This document shows, in pieces, positions 47,347 to 57,955 of a DNA stretch of 64,000 nt (position 1 is the first letter of the stretch; every line of letters starts with the position of its first letter). A program made the position numbers and the translations under genes. The DNA is from Limisphaerales bacterium (GTDB lineage Bacteria > Verrucomicrobiota > Verrucomicrobiia > Limisphaerales > JAJOIW01). Location of the stretch: the NCBI GenBank assembly GCA_965657355.1, contig CBFHOE010000011.1:32001-96000 (forward strand). The letters run 5' to 3'. The notes below the pieces were generated by a model, which worked only from the letters and a program-made list of their open reading frames with translations, made no database searches and was not told where the DNA came from.

Positions 47347-49935
47347 ATGTTCAAAAGGCTTACAGGAAATCTATCTTACTTCTTACTCTTATTCATGGTT
47401 ACCTTGAATCTTCACGGGAATCCGGTAGAACCTACAGCTCTCGCAAAAACGTCAGACTCAGTTAATTGGAATAAAGTTGATGAAGTTAGTGTTCTTTCTC
47501 CTAGCCTCTATGGGTATAGGGCAATCGAAAATATAAAATTGATCGGATCTGATGCGAGGCAGCAGCTAATTATCGAGGCATTCCATCAAAGCGGTCGTCC
47601 CAGAGATATTTCCAGAGATGTTTTTTTGAAGCTAAGCCCAAAAGGAATCGTTGAAATTGACGACACCGGAAGACTGTCCCCTGTTTCAGACGGTAAAACA
47701 ACTTTATCTGTTGTCTCGCCAGATGGAAAAATTCTCAAAACATTAGATATTAAAGTTGAAAAGGCAGGCACTACCCGACCTGTTAATTTCGTTGAAGAAG
47801 TTGTACCCATATTTACAAAATTAGGGTGCAATGGAGGAGGATGCCATGGAAAGTCCGGTGGGCAAAATGGCTTTCGCCTCTCCCTACTCGGTTTTGAGCC
47901 AACTGAAGACTTCGAGTGGCTTGTTAAAGAATCTCGATCCAGAAGAATTATCCCTGCGGCTCCTGAATACAGTCTCCTTCTCACAAAAGCAACTGGTGAA
48001 GTTCCGCATGGTGGTGGTAAAAGGCTTGATAAAGGATCTGAAGATTATGAGCTTCTTCTGCGCTGGATTCGTCAAGGTATGAATTACAGCAAACAAGATG
48101 ACCCCGTTATTACAGGAATAGAAGTTTTTCCAAAGAGACGAATTATGCAGAGGCAAAAAGGCCAGCAACTTGTTGTCGTCGCAAATTATTCTGATGGCTC
48201 AACCAAAGACGTTACGAGAAGCGCGCTTTACGAGGCGAATGTTGATGAAATGGCAAAAATCGATGAAGATGGTTTTGTAAAAGTAGGAAACCAGCCAGGA
48301 GACGTTGCTGTAATGATAAGGTTCCAAGGCAAAGTGGATGTCTTTAGAGCCATGATCCCTGTGGGTGCACCTGTTTCTGAATTCCCAAAGCCGAGCAACT
48401 TTATTGATGAGCTTGTTTTTTCTAAGTTAGCTGAGATGGGATTGCCCACTTCCGACTTGGTTGATGACAACACTTTCTTGCGCCGGGTCACATTGGATAT
48501 TGCTGGACGCATGCCAACAAAAGAAGAACTTAACGCGTTTGTGGAATCCAATTCACCGGATAAAAGAAAGGCATGTATTGAGCGTTTATTAGATTCAGAG
48601 GACTACGCTGCTTTTTTCGCCAATAAGTGGTCAGCTCTACTGAGAAATAAACGATCAAACCCACGAAATAAGCGCGGAAACTTTGCGTTTCATCAGTGGA
48701 TACTAGACAGCTTTCACAAAAATAAGCCGTACGATCAATTCGTGTCAGAAATAATTACTGCGCAAGGCGAAGTTCAATCAAACCCGCCCACAGCATGGTA
48801 TGCTCAAGTAGACCAGACCACTGAGATGCTTGAAGACACTGCACAATTGTTTTTGGGTACGCGTATTCAGTGCGCACAGTGCCATCATCATCCATTCGAA
48901 AGGTGGAGCCAAAAAGATTATTACCAATTTTCAGCTTTTTTTAGCAGGGTGAAAAAAAAGAAGGGATTCATACCTGGCGAAGACTTTCTCTATCATCAGC
49001 CGGGTAATGCCTCAGCAGTCAATAAAAAGACCGGTAAAAAAGTTTTTCCAGCTGCCCTGGGATCTCCAACTGTCGAAATAGAGCCTGAAACCGATCCTCG
49101 AATCTACCTGGCTGAATGGATGAAAGATCCCGAAAACCCATTCTTTGCCCAAACGCTCGTCAACCGGTATTGGAAACATTTTTTTGGTCGCGGATTAGTC
49201 GAGCCAGAAGATGATATCAGGGCCACAAACCCTCCTACAAACCCTGACTTGATGAATGGTCTAGCCGAATATTTTATGTCGACAGGATTCGACCTAAAAA
49301 AGTTGATCTCAGCAATCTGTAATTCCAAAACCTACCAGTTGTCTTCAACACCGAATAACTGGAACCGAAAGGACCAACAGCATTTTTCAAGATCTTATCC
49401 CAAAAGGTTACCGGCGGAGGTTCTCTACGATTCCATACACGATTTAACTGATGCACCGTCAGGCTTCGGAGGATTACCAACCAATTACAGGGCAGTTTAT
49501 CTTCCTGATGACTCCTACAATAAATCGTCTTATTTCTTAACTGTATTTGGCAGACCTGATAGCGACTCCGCTTGCGAATGTGAAAGAACTGCAGATGCTA
49601 GCCTTGCCCAAAGCCTCCACCTGATCAATTCCAAAGAACTACAAAATAAGCTTTCACTAGAGGATGGGTTTGCTGCCCAATTGGCAAAACGGGCAGGATC
49701 TAAAGATCCTCAAAATGTATCAGCGATATACCAAAAGGCATTCTCTAGGGAACCCAGTACTAATGAATCGCAAGTCGCACTCCTTTATCTCGAAAAGAAA
49801 AGCCAATTATCTGAAGAGGAAATTAAATTAGAGGACGAAGAGAGGAAAACTGTTCTTCTTAAGAAAAGACGCGAGGCATTTGAAGATATAATTTGGGCAC
49901 TAATAAATACCAAAGAATTTTTGTTCAACCATTGA
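47347..49935 (+). CDS. DUF1549/DUF1553 (PSD1) protein with Ig-like domains
   Basis: 'GCNGGGCHG', 'FLRRVTLDIAGR', 'CAQCHHHPF', 'VNRYWKHFFGRG', 'ACECER', 'WALINTKEFLFNH'. Confidence 0.9.
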   Translation: MFKRLTGNLSYFLLLFMVTLNLHGNPVEPTALAKTSDSVNWNKVDEVSVLSPSLYGYRAIENIKLIGSDARQQLIIEAFHQSGRPRDISRDVFLKLSPKGIVEIDDTGRLSPVSDGKTTLSVVSPDGKILKTLDIKVEKAGTTRPVNFVEEVVPIFTKLGCNGGGCHGKSGGQNGFRLSLLGFEPTEDFEWLVKESRSRRIIPAAPEYSLLLTKATGEVPHGGGKRLDKGSEDYELLLRWIRQGMNYSKQDDPVITGIEVFPKRRIMQRQKGQQLVVVANYSDGSTKDVTRSALYEANVDEMAKIDEDGFVKVGNQPGDVAVMIRFQGKVDVFRAMIPVGAPVSEFPKPSNFIDELVFSKLAEMGLPTSDLVDDNTFLRRVTLDIAGRMPTKEELNAFVESNSPDKRKACIERLLDSEDYAAFFANKWSALLRNKRSNPRNKRGNFAFHQWILDSFHKNKPYDQFVSEIITAQGEVQSNPPTAWYAQVDQTTEMLEDTAQLFLGTRIQCAQCHHHPFERWSQKDYYQFSAFFSRVKKKKGFIPGEDFLYHQPGNASAVNKKTGKKVFPAALGSPTVEIEPETDPRIYLAEWMKDPENPFFAQTLVNRYWKHFFGRGLVEPEDDIRATNPPTNPDLMNGLAEYFMSTGFDLKKLISAICNSKTYQLSSTPNNWNRKDQQHFSRSYPKRLPAEVLYDSIHDLTDAPSGFGGLPTNYRAVYLPDDSYNKSSYFLTVFGRPDSDSACECERTADASLAQSLHLINSKELQNKLSLEDGFAAQLAKRAGSKDPQNVSAIYQKAFSREPSTNESQVALLYLEKKSQLSEEEIKLEDEERKTVLLKKRREAFEDIIWALINTKEFLFNH

Positions 49936-49972
49936 GTTGGGTTGGGCATGAGACTATTTTACTCGTTTATCT

Positions 49973-50698
49973 ATGATCAAAAGACTTACGACAATAATCG
50001 GATTGGTGGCATTCTGTGCCATTGGTGTTATTCAAAACCTGCATGCGGCGGACGACGAAAAAACAAAAGAGCCAAAAATTATTAATCCGGGCTCTTGGAG
50101 AAATGCCCCCTCAGATGCTATTGTTTTATTCGACGGGTCAGACCTGGATAGTTTTGTAACGAAATCAGGAAAGCCTGCGCCTTGGAAGCTAGTTGAAGGC
50201 GATTCCGTTGAAGTTGTCCGTGGCGAAGGTGGTATTTTTACCAAAAAAGAGTTTGGTAGTTTTCAACTGCATGTCGAATGGGCAACACCTGAAAATATCA
50301 AGGGAAAGGGCCAAGGCAGAGGAAACTCAGGCGTATACTTGCATGGACGCTATGAAGTGCAAGTTTTGGATTCCTATGAGAATAGCACCTACCCTGACGG
50401 TCAAGCTGGTGCCGTTTATGGAATCGCGCCGCCTCTTGTGAATGCCTCGAGAGGCCCAGGAAAATGGCAGTCCTATGATATAATTTTTACAGCTCCAAAA
50501 AAAGATGCATCGGGCAACATCACAAACGCCCGTGTAACAGTTCTTCACAACGGTGTCCTTATACAAAACAATTTGGAAATACCTCGACCAACCGCGGCTT
50601 CACCACTAAGGGGCTTTACAGAAAAAGGACCAGTCTACCTCCAAGATCACTCAAATCCTGTTAAATACAGAAATATCTGGATTAGAGAATTAAAGTAA
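49973..50698 (+). CDS. Secreted DUF1080 protein
   Basis: 'PSDAIVLFDG', 'QLHVEW', 'GNSGVY', 'WQSYDI', 'LQDHSNPVKYRNIW'. Confidence 0.92.
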   Translation: MIKRLTTIIGLVAFCAIGVIQNLHAADDEKTKEPKIINPGSWRNAPSDAIVLFDGSDLDSFVTKSGKPAPWKLVEGDSVEVVRGEGGIFTKKEFGSFQLHVEWATPENIKGKGQGRGNSGVYLHGRYEVQVLDSYENSTYPDGQAGAVYGIAPPLVNASRGPGKWQSYDIIFTAPKKDASGNITNARVTVLHNGVLIQNNLEIPRPTAASPLRGFTEKGPVYLQDHSNPVKYRNIWIRELK

Positions 50699-50727
50699 TT
50701 GGAACAAACTTATTACAACGAACCAAA

Positions 50728-50755
50728 AAGGCCGTGAAATTAATTTCACGGCCTT
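50728..50755. terminator. 28-bp perfect palindrome, probable bidirectional terminator
   Basis: AAGGCCGTGAAATTAATTTCACGGCCTT between convergent genes, flanked by A- and T-runs. Confidence 0.8.
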
Positions 50756-50794
50756 AATTTTTCGTAAAAGATTAGTATCTACAAATTTTTCTTC

Positions 50795-51673
50795 TTACAG
50801 AGCGCTTTTTATATCATTGATTAAAGCCATCATTTTTTGTCCGTATTGAACGTAATTATCGAACTGTGCTTTTGGGTCTGCAGTCACCGAGGCGTCATGG
50901 AAAACGACAGCCATATGAGGTTCAATGGAAATACCGGCGTCGTATCCCCTCTGAAAAGCGTCTGTCAGTATCTCTTTTACCTTTGCCTGACCTTCGCCCG
51001 GGAAAGTGTAGGTCGCATCATTCTTGTCATGGTTCCATATACAATCTTTTATATGAATGTGTACAACGTGTTCTCGCACGTTGCGCCAGAACTCCCAGGG
51101 ATCCTGCCGCGGGCGCGGTTCAGGCTTTGAGTAATCAGGATTAAAGACCGGATTTGCGGTATCAAAAACAAGTTTTAAGCCAGGAACTTTTTCCAATAGC
51201 TCTAATGTGTTGTGATAACTCATACCACCATAATTCATGCAATTTTCATGCACAGGCTGAAGCCCTTCATCTAAAAATCTTTTGGTTATTTCTGAAACTC
51301 TTTTAATCCTTTCATCCGCCATTTGGTCTTCATCATCGCGTATGGCATAGGACATAATTCTCACAAATTTGGTACCTAATCGCTTCATTCTGGGAATTGC
51401 CCTTTCAACTTCAGATGTATCAAAAGGTTCGTCTATCTTCTTTCCCCAATTAGCAATAGTCGAGCCGAAGGCGTATATTTTTACCCCGCTGGCTTCCAAT
51501 AATTCAGCAGCTTTATCAAAGGCTTCTTCGGAAATGTCATGAAGATTTGATTTTTCAAATCCCTCAATTTGAACATTTCTAGCTTCGATGTTTTCCCATC
51601 CAAGAGCTTTAGTGGCTTCGATCTGTGTCTTCAGGAGATCTCCTGCTTCATCTGCTATACCTGTAAGTATCAT
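50795..51673 (-). CDS. Sugar phosphate isomerase/epimerase (xylose isomerase-like TIM barrel)
   Basis: 'GIADE', 'HEN', 'FDTAN', 'HIHIKD', 'SIEPH'. Confidence 0.9.
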   Translation of the reverse strand: MILTGIADEAGDLLKTQIEATKALGWENIEARNVQIEGFEKSNLHDISEEAFDKAAELLEASGVKIYAFGSTIANWGKKIDEPFDTSEVERAIPRMKRLGTKFVRIMSYAIRDDEDQMADERIKRVSEITKRFLDEGLQPVHENCMNYGGMSYHNTLELLEKVPGLKLVFDTANPVFNPDYSKPEPRPRQDPWEFWRNVREHVVHIHIKDCIWNHDKNDATYTFPGEGQAKVKEILTDAFQRGYDAGISIEPHMAVVFHDASVTADPKAQFDNYVQYGQKMMALINDIKSAL

Positions 51674-51693
51674 ATTAATTGGTTTATTTATTT

Positions 51694-52848
51694 TTACTTG
51701 TTAAAAGACTTGGCAAAATCTTCATTGGATACCTCTGCCACTTTTTTGACGTGAGTCGAATTTTCAATTAATTCATTGAGCTTGGCTCCGTATGCAGAAC
51801 TGTCAAGAGGTAGGTCTACAGTTGAATCCACAAGCGAAGAATAAAGGATTGAATTGGCTAATTCTATAGAATGAAGTCCATCTTCTCCACGACATATGAG
51901 TTTCTCACCATCAAGGATTGCGTTCACAAAGTTTTGCATCAATGTGGCGTGTTGAGCAGGTGAATCACTAAATGGCACTTCGCAATTCCAAATATCTGGC
52001 TTGAGAAAACCAATTTTAGATGTCTTACAGTGCGTTATCATTGATTCCTCATTTTTTACCACAGTGATTTTATCTTTTTCCAAAACCAGCTTTCCCAGTG
52101 TCCCAGCAATTTCAAGACGATTAGTTCCGGGTGCCTCACCAGATGATGTCACAAATATACCAGTAGCCCCACCGGGAAACTCAAGGTAAGCAGTTACATT
52201 ATCTTCAACCTCAATATCATGGAAACGCCCAAGCTGACAAAAACTTCTGACCTTTGAAGGCATACCCAGCAGCCATTGCAAAGAATCCAAATTGTGAAGG
52301 CACTGGTTTATCAAAACGCCACCACCTTCTCCTTTCCAAGTGGCACGCCACCCACCGGATTGATAATAGGCTTCTGTCCTATACCAATCAGTGATTATCC
52401 AGTTCATTCTAACAATGTCCCCAAGCTCTCCCTTCTCCAAAATAGATTTGATCTTCTGGTATCTCGGCTCAGTTCTCAGTTGAAACATTGCACCAAAAAC
52501 AAGACTGGAATTTTTCTTACTGGCTTCAATTAATTTCTCAGCATCCGCTTTATGAGCGGCTATTGGTTTCTCAACCATGATATGAAGACCTTTTTCAAGA
52601 GCAGCAACACCGAGGGAAGCATGTTGGTAATGAGGGGTAGCGATCATAATAGCATCGCAAAGACCACTATTAATAAGCTCTATGCCATCACCGAAAATGG
52701 CAACAGGCTTGTATTTTTCTAATTTCTGCGGGGAGGTGCTGCATACAGCTGTGAGTTCGCACCGGTTGACTTTTCCTTTCAGTAAGTAGTCCGCGTGGTA
52801 GGCGCCCATATTGCCCATACCTATGATTCCAACTCTAACCTTTTCCAT
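51694..52848 (-). CDS. Gfo/Idh/MocA family oxidoreductase
   Basis: 'GIIGMGNMG', 'IATPH', 'EKP', 'WRATWKGEGGGVLINQCLHNLD'. Confidence 0.93.
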   Translation of the reverse strand: MEKVRVGIIGMGNMGAYHADYLLKGKVNRCELTAVCSTSPQKLEKYKPVAIFGDGIELINSGLCDAIMIATPHYQHASLGVAALEKGLHIMVEKPIAAHKADAEKLIEASKKNSSLVFGAMFQLRTEPRYQKIKSILEKGELGDIVRMNWIITDWYRTEAYYQSGGWRATWKGEGGGVLINQCLHNLDSLQWLLGMPSKVRSFCQLGRFHDIEVEDNVTAYLEFPGGATGIFVTSSGEAPGTNRLEIAGTLGKLVLEKDKITVVKNEESMITHCKTSKIGFLKPDIWNCEVPFSDSPAQHATLMQNFVNAILDGEKLICRGEDGLHSIELANSILYSSLVDSTVDLPLDSSAYGAKLNELIENSTHVKKVAEVSNEDFAKSFNK

Positions 52849-52961
52849 AAATTACTGTCAAAATGCCTTGGAATTATGAAAAATTCGATATCAAAATAGA
52901 AAATATGGATAAGGGAAGGTCAAAATGCACACCAGGCAAAAAAAATGTTGGCAAATCTAAA

Positions 52962-53462
52962 ATGTTGCCGTTTTTGACCCTTCTTTTAATTCTTCCCCTC
53001 TTTTTTGTATCCTGGACCGGGCCTTCATTCGGAATGGCGGTTACTAAAAAATTTATCCAGACTATTTTCCCAACAGTTGAACACATTAATTCAAAATATG
53101 CCCTGGAGCTTTACACCGGAAGCATTGATGAAAAACCTAAAGGACTATTTGTTGATGTTAGATCAAAAAAGGAGTTTGCAGTGAGCCGTATTCCAGGGGC
53201 CTTGCATATCGAGCGACCCTCAAAACTGGACAGAAATACGAAACTAAAACTTAAAAATAACTCAAAAATTATAGTCTACTGCGCGGCAGGATATAGATCG
53301 TCTGAGGCTTGTAAAGCGCTGGAGAAGCAAGGAGTCTTGAATACCATAAATCTCAATGGTGGGATCATAGACTGGGCAAACAATGGAAATCCAATAACCT
53401 CCAAAAAAGTTGCCCCACACACGCCCACAGGCAACTGGTTATTAAAGAAAAAATTCCGCTAA
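52962..53462 (+). CDS. Rhodanese-like domain protein with N-terminal anchor/signal
   Basis: 'VDVR..EF.VSRIPGA', 'YCAAGYRS', 'LNGGIIDW'. Start uncertain (track 52863). Confidence 0.85.
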   Translation: MLPFLTLLLILPLFFVSWTGPSFGMAVTKKFIQTIFPTVEHINSKYALELYTGSIDEKPKGLFVDVRSKKEFAVSRIPGALHIERPSKLDRNTKLKLKNNSKIIVYCAAGYRSSEACKALEKQGVLNTINLNGGIIDWANNGNPITSKKVAPHTPTGNWLLKKKFR

Positions 53463-53498
53463 AAAATCCTATTTCATTCTAAGGATAAGTAGCAAAGG

Positions 53499-56400
53499 TC
53501 ATTTGCCCTTATACGATCCTGTAGATTCTATAATATCAAAAAAACCATACCCATCAGCGTTTTCGGGTATTGGAAACACGAACTCTGACAAAGAACCAAT
53601 GATCTGCCAGCTTCGTATAAATTTCCAATCGCTGAGGTCAGAAGAGTGTTTAAGTCTCCATGTGGCGTTAGGCCGGGCGGCCATTCTTATATCCAAATAT
53701 TTTGTTGGAGTTACAAAATGAGTCGATCTGTTCGGATTGATAGCAGCCGGCTCAACGAACTTGATCCTAAAGGTGTGGGGAACAGATGGAGGAACTGGTC
53801 CAAAGAGTTGAGGATTTGCCTGTGTCATCTCAGACATCGTAATCGAATCAAAGTGGTAATTCAGCAACCCACCAGCGCTCACAGAGTCATCAGGATACAG
53901 ATCACGTTTATTTCCTCCTTGATATGCATAGTTATCACCAACAACGACAAAGTTTGTTTCGTCAGGAGAGCCAATGTAGGAAGTGGGCATTGACATTTCA
54001 GCAATTTCCCCCGAAACAAAAGCATTTGCTGAGCCAATAAATTCCCAAGACCAATCACTTCCGGAGCCTGTATATTTAAATATATAATTACTCTGCACCA
54101 AATATTCGGCACCGAGATCGGTAAAAAGCTGATTATGCCGAAAGCCAGTAGTTGGGTTAAGGTCTACATCTAAAAAAATATTATATGCCCAATTAAATTC
54201 AATATCTGTCGCATTCTCTATGGCTATGAATAACTCAGTATCAGAGTGGGCCATTATTACACGCACCAGGTCAGCCTTATTAAAGTCATCTATTTGATCA
54301 ATGGGATCAAGCGGATAAGGAGCCAGACTTTCCCAGTCATCAAGATTTCCATCAATGAGTAAATCTTGGGCAAGCCCGTTAGAAACTTTCATATTGTTAT
54401 TATTGTTCGGATCAAAAACCGTTATCTCAATAATGGCTATTTGAGAGTCGTCCACGCCATCACTCACCAGAAAGGAAAAAGTATCCACCCCAGAAAACCC
54501 TTCACTTGGTGTGTAGACCTGACTAGATGATAACCCTGACAGGATTCCATTCTGCGGCTGAGAGGTAATTTGGTATGTCAAACTGTCATTGTCTGCGTCG
54601 ATTCCTTGTAAAGTAATGTTCAACGATTCACCTGCATTCATAGAAAACGCCGCCGGTTGGGCAATAGGTATGGAGTTCACTGACTCAGAGAAAAATTTAT
54701 AAGTAAAGTAGCCCGTATTGCTTGAAAAAATATCATCGGGAAATAAGTCTAATCCTGAGCCATCGGGATACGCACTATTATCTGCCAGTAGGACTAATCG
54801 TATTGAAGTCACACCCTCGAATAATGATCTGCTTATACACAACTCCACATCAGCACCACTGACGGCTGCATCGATGTTGGAAATTTGTTCCCAAGTCCAA
54901 TCAAGTCCACTACCCGCATACTTGTATATAAAATCTCCTTGAACTAGCAAGTCGGCTCCAATATTGCCTATAGTATAACCTGTCAAGGAAGAGCTATCTG
55001 AGTCGATGAATGTGTTATGCGCCCAATTAAGCGGAGCTGCGTTACTAGAAGAATAGAAGATGAAAAGTTTTGCATCATTATGAGCTACGGTCAAATTTGT
55101 ATAATCCAGTAAATCATTAGTATTTAAGAGATCTACTGGATCCCGCCCGATCGATTCCAATCCTTCCCACTCGGATGAATCACCATCAATCAAAGCTGGC
55201 CTGAATAGGTAATTATATTCAGGATCTCCATCAGTAATATTATCAGAATTAATATTTACGGTCACAAGGCCATCGGCTGTCGCTCCCTTATTATCAGTAA
55301 CCGTGTATATGAGTTGATCTGTACCTAAGAAATCCGGATTAGGGGAATAAGTGAGTAATAATTCATTTAGTGAAAAAGCTCCATTTTCCGGTGTCTTGAA
55401 TATAGTAATATCAGAAATCAAACCATCATAGTCACCAGCTTGAAGTTGAACAGTAATCGGCTGCCCCTGAAGAGTTGTCACATCCTGGTCCAGCGCATAT
55501 GGCACTAAATTCGTAGTCGATCTTATTTGAACGGCATAGTTTCCAATATCTTTGAAATTAATGATCGCCCCCGTCGAGGTGTATGTTGTGTCCCCAGAGG
55601 ATATGACTTCGAATGCACCTAATGTGAAGGATTTAAATTCGACAATAGCTTGCCCATGACCTTCGACAACAAAGTCCAGAATTGTCCCATTACCAGAAAT
55701 AGAAATGAGCTCAAGATTGGAACCAAGACTTGCCACCTTAGTCACATCTTCAGGTGATCGCCCTGTGGTTATGGAAAAGTTTCCACCATCAGCTGGTAAA
55801 AACAACTTATTACCATCATAAGCATAATGATTCCCAGCCGATGTTATTGTTTTACCAACAGGTAATTCTAATGAGAGTCCCCCAAGTTCACTTCCTCGAA
55901 CAGCAACGTCAATTTTATCGAAATCTATGTATTCAACTAAGACCTCAGAATTTTTAAATGAAGTGAATCTTTTTGTGTAATCGCTAAGCGTGATGAATTC
56001 AAACCCTGCCGCCGATGCATAGGCAAGTATGTCTTCATATGGCTTAGGATCGTAGTTTGGGGAATTAAAGGGATTCATTAATCCATAGTCGTGCCAAAGC
56101 CAGTGCAAAGTTGGCTGCCTAGTATTAGTCGACTGCTTATCAAATTCATCAATCCAAGTTTGAGAAAATTCCTCTAAATTGAGTTGTTGAATACTCCCCA
56201 AAACAAAATCTGGGGTCATATTCAAGCTAAAATAAACGGTATCCTCATCCGGTGTCAGGTGGCCAATGCCGAGACTTTGGACGTGCCTTGAATCACTGTA
56301 AAGCGTATGGCCAGAAATGTAATCGAAATTCGATTTTATATTATCATAAACATACAAGTTTTCATCCTCACCAGGGATACCTGTCCCATTGACGGAGATT

Positions 56401-57584
56401 TCTAAGTTTTCAGAAATCTCAATCTTTGATTGGAGAAATTCAAATTCTAGTTCACTGGGACTTAAGAGCTTTGTATTATTTGGGTGAGTATAACTGTGGG
56501 TGCCTATTTCATTTCCAATCGCTATATAATCTTTATAAAGAGGCCCCGAAAGATCCCAGTTTGTATATTCTCCAAGTTGCTGATCATTGCCTATATTTAT
56601 GTAAAATGATCCGTTGAAATCGTAATCAGCTTTCCATCGCTTTAAGTAATCAAGCTGAGGTACTTCTACAGTCTCTATGGCAGATGCAAATCTGGATAAA
56701 TCCATATCATTTCTAGGTATAAATAATCCGCCTTCTCTAGTCATACTGAGATGAATATTACTTTGGGGGTTGCCAGAATCTGAAACGGCCCATTTTATAG
56801 CTGCCCAAAGTATCTTGGAATCGATCATTTTTTTCATGTCTGCAAAATGAACGAATTTCCCTCTTCCTCTGGTTCCGGATTGAATGGCTATCTTATTTTC
56901 ATTGTTAATATTAAAAATCGCAATTTGGTCTGATTCATTGCCAGCCGAAGGTATAAATTCCTGAAAAAATGTAGAATTATATTCCGCGAGTCTTTCAGGT
57001 GCTTCAATCATACTGATGATTGGATGATCTATATCAGGCGCTGACATGGTGATGTCGTTTTGATAGCCAAAAACTCCGAACTCAAGACCAAATATTTCTT
57101 CCATGGCTAATTCAGTATTAAAATCTTGGTATTGGCCAGAGGCGTTGTATGAAAAAAATGCACCTGCCGCGACTATGGAAACCCCATAATCTTCCAAGAG
57201 TGATTTAATATTAATCCTGTAGGTGTCGACCTTCGTTTGATCCACAACTTGGAGTGCAGGTATGATTATTGCTTTGTATTTGCTTAATTTATTAACGTCA
57301 CCCAGATCGGACTCTTTGATTAAATCAAACGGCACTCCAGCCTGAATGGATTGAGATTGGACAGAGGTATACAATTGGCGAAACTCGAATGGATAGCCGA
57401 AGTAATCCTCGGAGTTTTTGGAGTATAAGATTCCAATCTTGGTGGAAATCATTTCCCCATGTGATGAGTATCCCAACAAAGACTGAATAAGTAAAAAAGC
57501 AACCCACAAATGATGGATTGTTTTTCCCGGCGAATGCAAAACTGATCTTATTCTGGCATTAGAGTCTATGATTTCTAGTTTCAT
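53499..57584 (-). CDS. Large secreted protein: polysaccharide deacetylase-like domain, 2x (cadherin/Big-like + Trp-rich beta domain), C-terminal domain
   Basis: 'RNDMD' and 'EIGTHSYTHP' (CE4/NodB-like); 'LTYSPNPDFLGTDQLIYTVTD' and 'YTPSEGFSGVDTFSFLVSD' (cadherin-like); duplicated 'IDG...W...DP.D...YKY.GSG.DW.WE'. Confidence 0.72.
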   Translation of the reverse strand: MKLEIIDSNARIRSVLHSPGKTIHHLWVAFLLIQSLLGYSSHGEMISTKIGILYSKNSEDYFGYPFEFRQLYTSVQSQSIQAGVPFDLIKESDLGDVNKLSKYKAIIIPALQVVDQTKVDTYRINIKSLLEDYGVSIVAAGAFFSYNASGQYQDFNTELAMEEIFGLEFGVFGYQNDITMSAPDIDHPIISMIEAPERLAEYNSTFFQEFIPSAGNESDQIAIFNINNENKIAIQSGTRGRGKFVHFADMKKMIDSKILWAAIKWAVSDSGNPQSNIHLSMTREGGLFIPRNDMDLSRFASAIETVEVPQLDYLKRWKADYDFNGSFYINIGNDQQLGEYTNWDLSGPLYKDYIAIGNEIGTHSYTHPNNTKLLSPSELEFEFLQSKIEISENLEISVNGTGIPGEDENLYVYDNIKSNFDYISGHTLYSDSRHVQSLGIGHLTPDEDTVYFSLNMTPDFVLGSIQQLNLEEFSQTWIDEFDKQSTNTRQPTLHWLWHDYGLMNPFNSPNYDPKPYEDILAYASAAGFEFITLSDYTKRFTSFKNSEVLVEYIDFDKIDVAVRGSELGGLSLELPVGKTITSAGNHYAYDGNKLFLPADGGNFSITTGRSPEDVTKVASLGSNLELISISGNGTILDFVVEGHGQAIVEFKSFTLGAFEVISSGDTTYTSTGAIINFKDIGNYAVQIRSTTNLVPYALDQDVTTLQGQPITVQLQAGDYDGLISDITIFKTPENGAFSLNELLLTYSPNPDFLGTDQLIYTVTDNKGATADGLVTVNINSDNITDGDPEYNYLFRPALIDGDSSEWEGLESIGRDPVDLLNTNDLLDYTNLTVAHNDAKLFIFYSSSNAAPLNWAHNTFIDSDSSSLTGYTIGNIGADLLVQGDFIYKYAGSGLDWTWEQISNIDAAVSGADVELCISRSLFEGVTSIRLVLLADNSAYPDGSGLDLFPDDIFSSNTGYFTYKFFSESVNSIPIAQPAAFSMNAGESLNITLQGIDADNDSLTYQITSQPQNGILSGLSSSQVYTPSEGFSGVDTFSFLVSDGVDDSQIAIIEITVFDPNNNNNMKVSNGLAQDLLIDGNLDDWESLAPYPLDPIDQIDDFNKADLVRVIMAHSDTELFIAIENATDIEFNWAYNIFLDVDLNPTTGFRHNQLFTDLGAEYLVQSNYIFKYTGSGSDWSWEFIGSANAFVSGEIAEMSMPTSYIGSPDETNFVVVGDNYAYQGGNKRDLYPDDSVSAGGLLNYHFDSITMSEMTQANPQLFGPVPPSVPHTFRIKFVEPAAINPNRSTHFVTPTKYLDIRMAARPNATWRLKHSSDLSDWKFIRSWQIIGSLSEFVFPIPENADGYGFFDIIESTGSYKGK
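53850..55511 (-). repeat. Tandem intragenic duplication of a ~278-aa module (protein level; boundaries approximate)
   Basis: Units start at 'NLVPYALDQ' (~55511) and 'NSIPIAQPA' (~54677), with shared motifs 'NWAHNTFIDSD'/'NWAYNIFLDVD' and 'DLFPDD'/'DLYPDD'. Confidence 0.75.
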
Positions 57585-57955
57585 ATTATGAGTCCTCTTT
57601 GAAAGCCTCGTAATTGATGAGCTAATGAGATTCTCAAAAACGTAGAGCAGTACTAAAAATCGACAAATAACACCTCAACTGTTCTATTTTAGGGCAAAAA
57701 GGCTAAATTTCTCAAAATTAAGAAAACAAAATAGAATCAATAGCTTTCACAACCAGCTTATTAATAATGGTTTGCGGGATTTCATGGTTTAAATAAAATA
57801 AAAACCAAATCAAAATCTAAGTGTCTATGTGTCCTTTTTTAGAACAATGGGAGACAGTTTTATAAAAAATGATCACGCCTGACTGGCAATATCCAAAACC
57901 TATTGATTATCAGTAGGTAATAACTAGTATTATGATGTGTCATCCACCGATAAAT

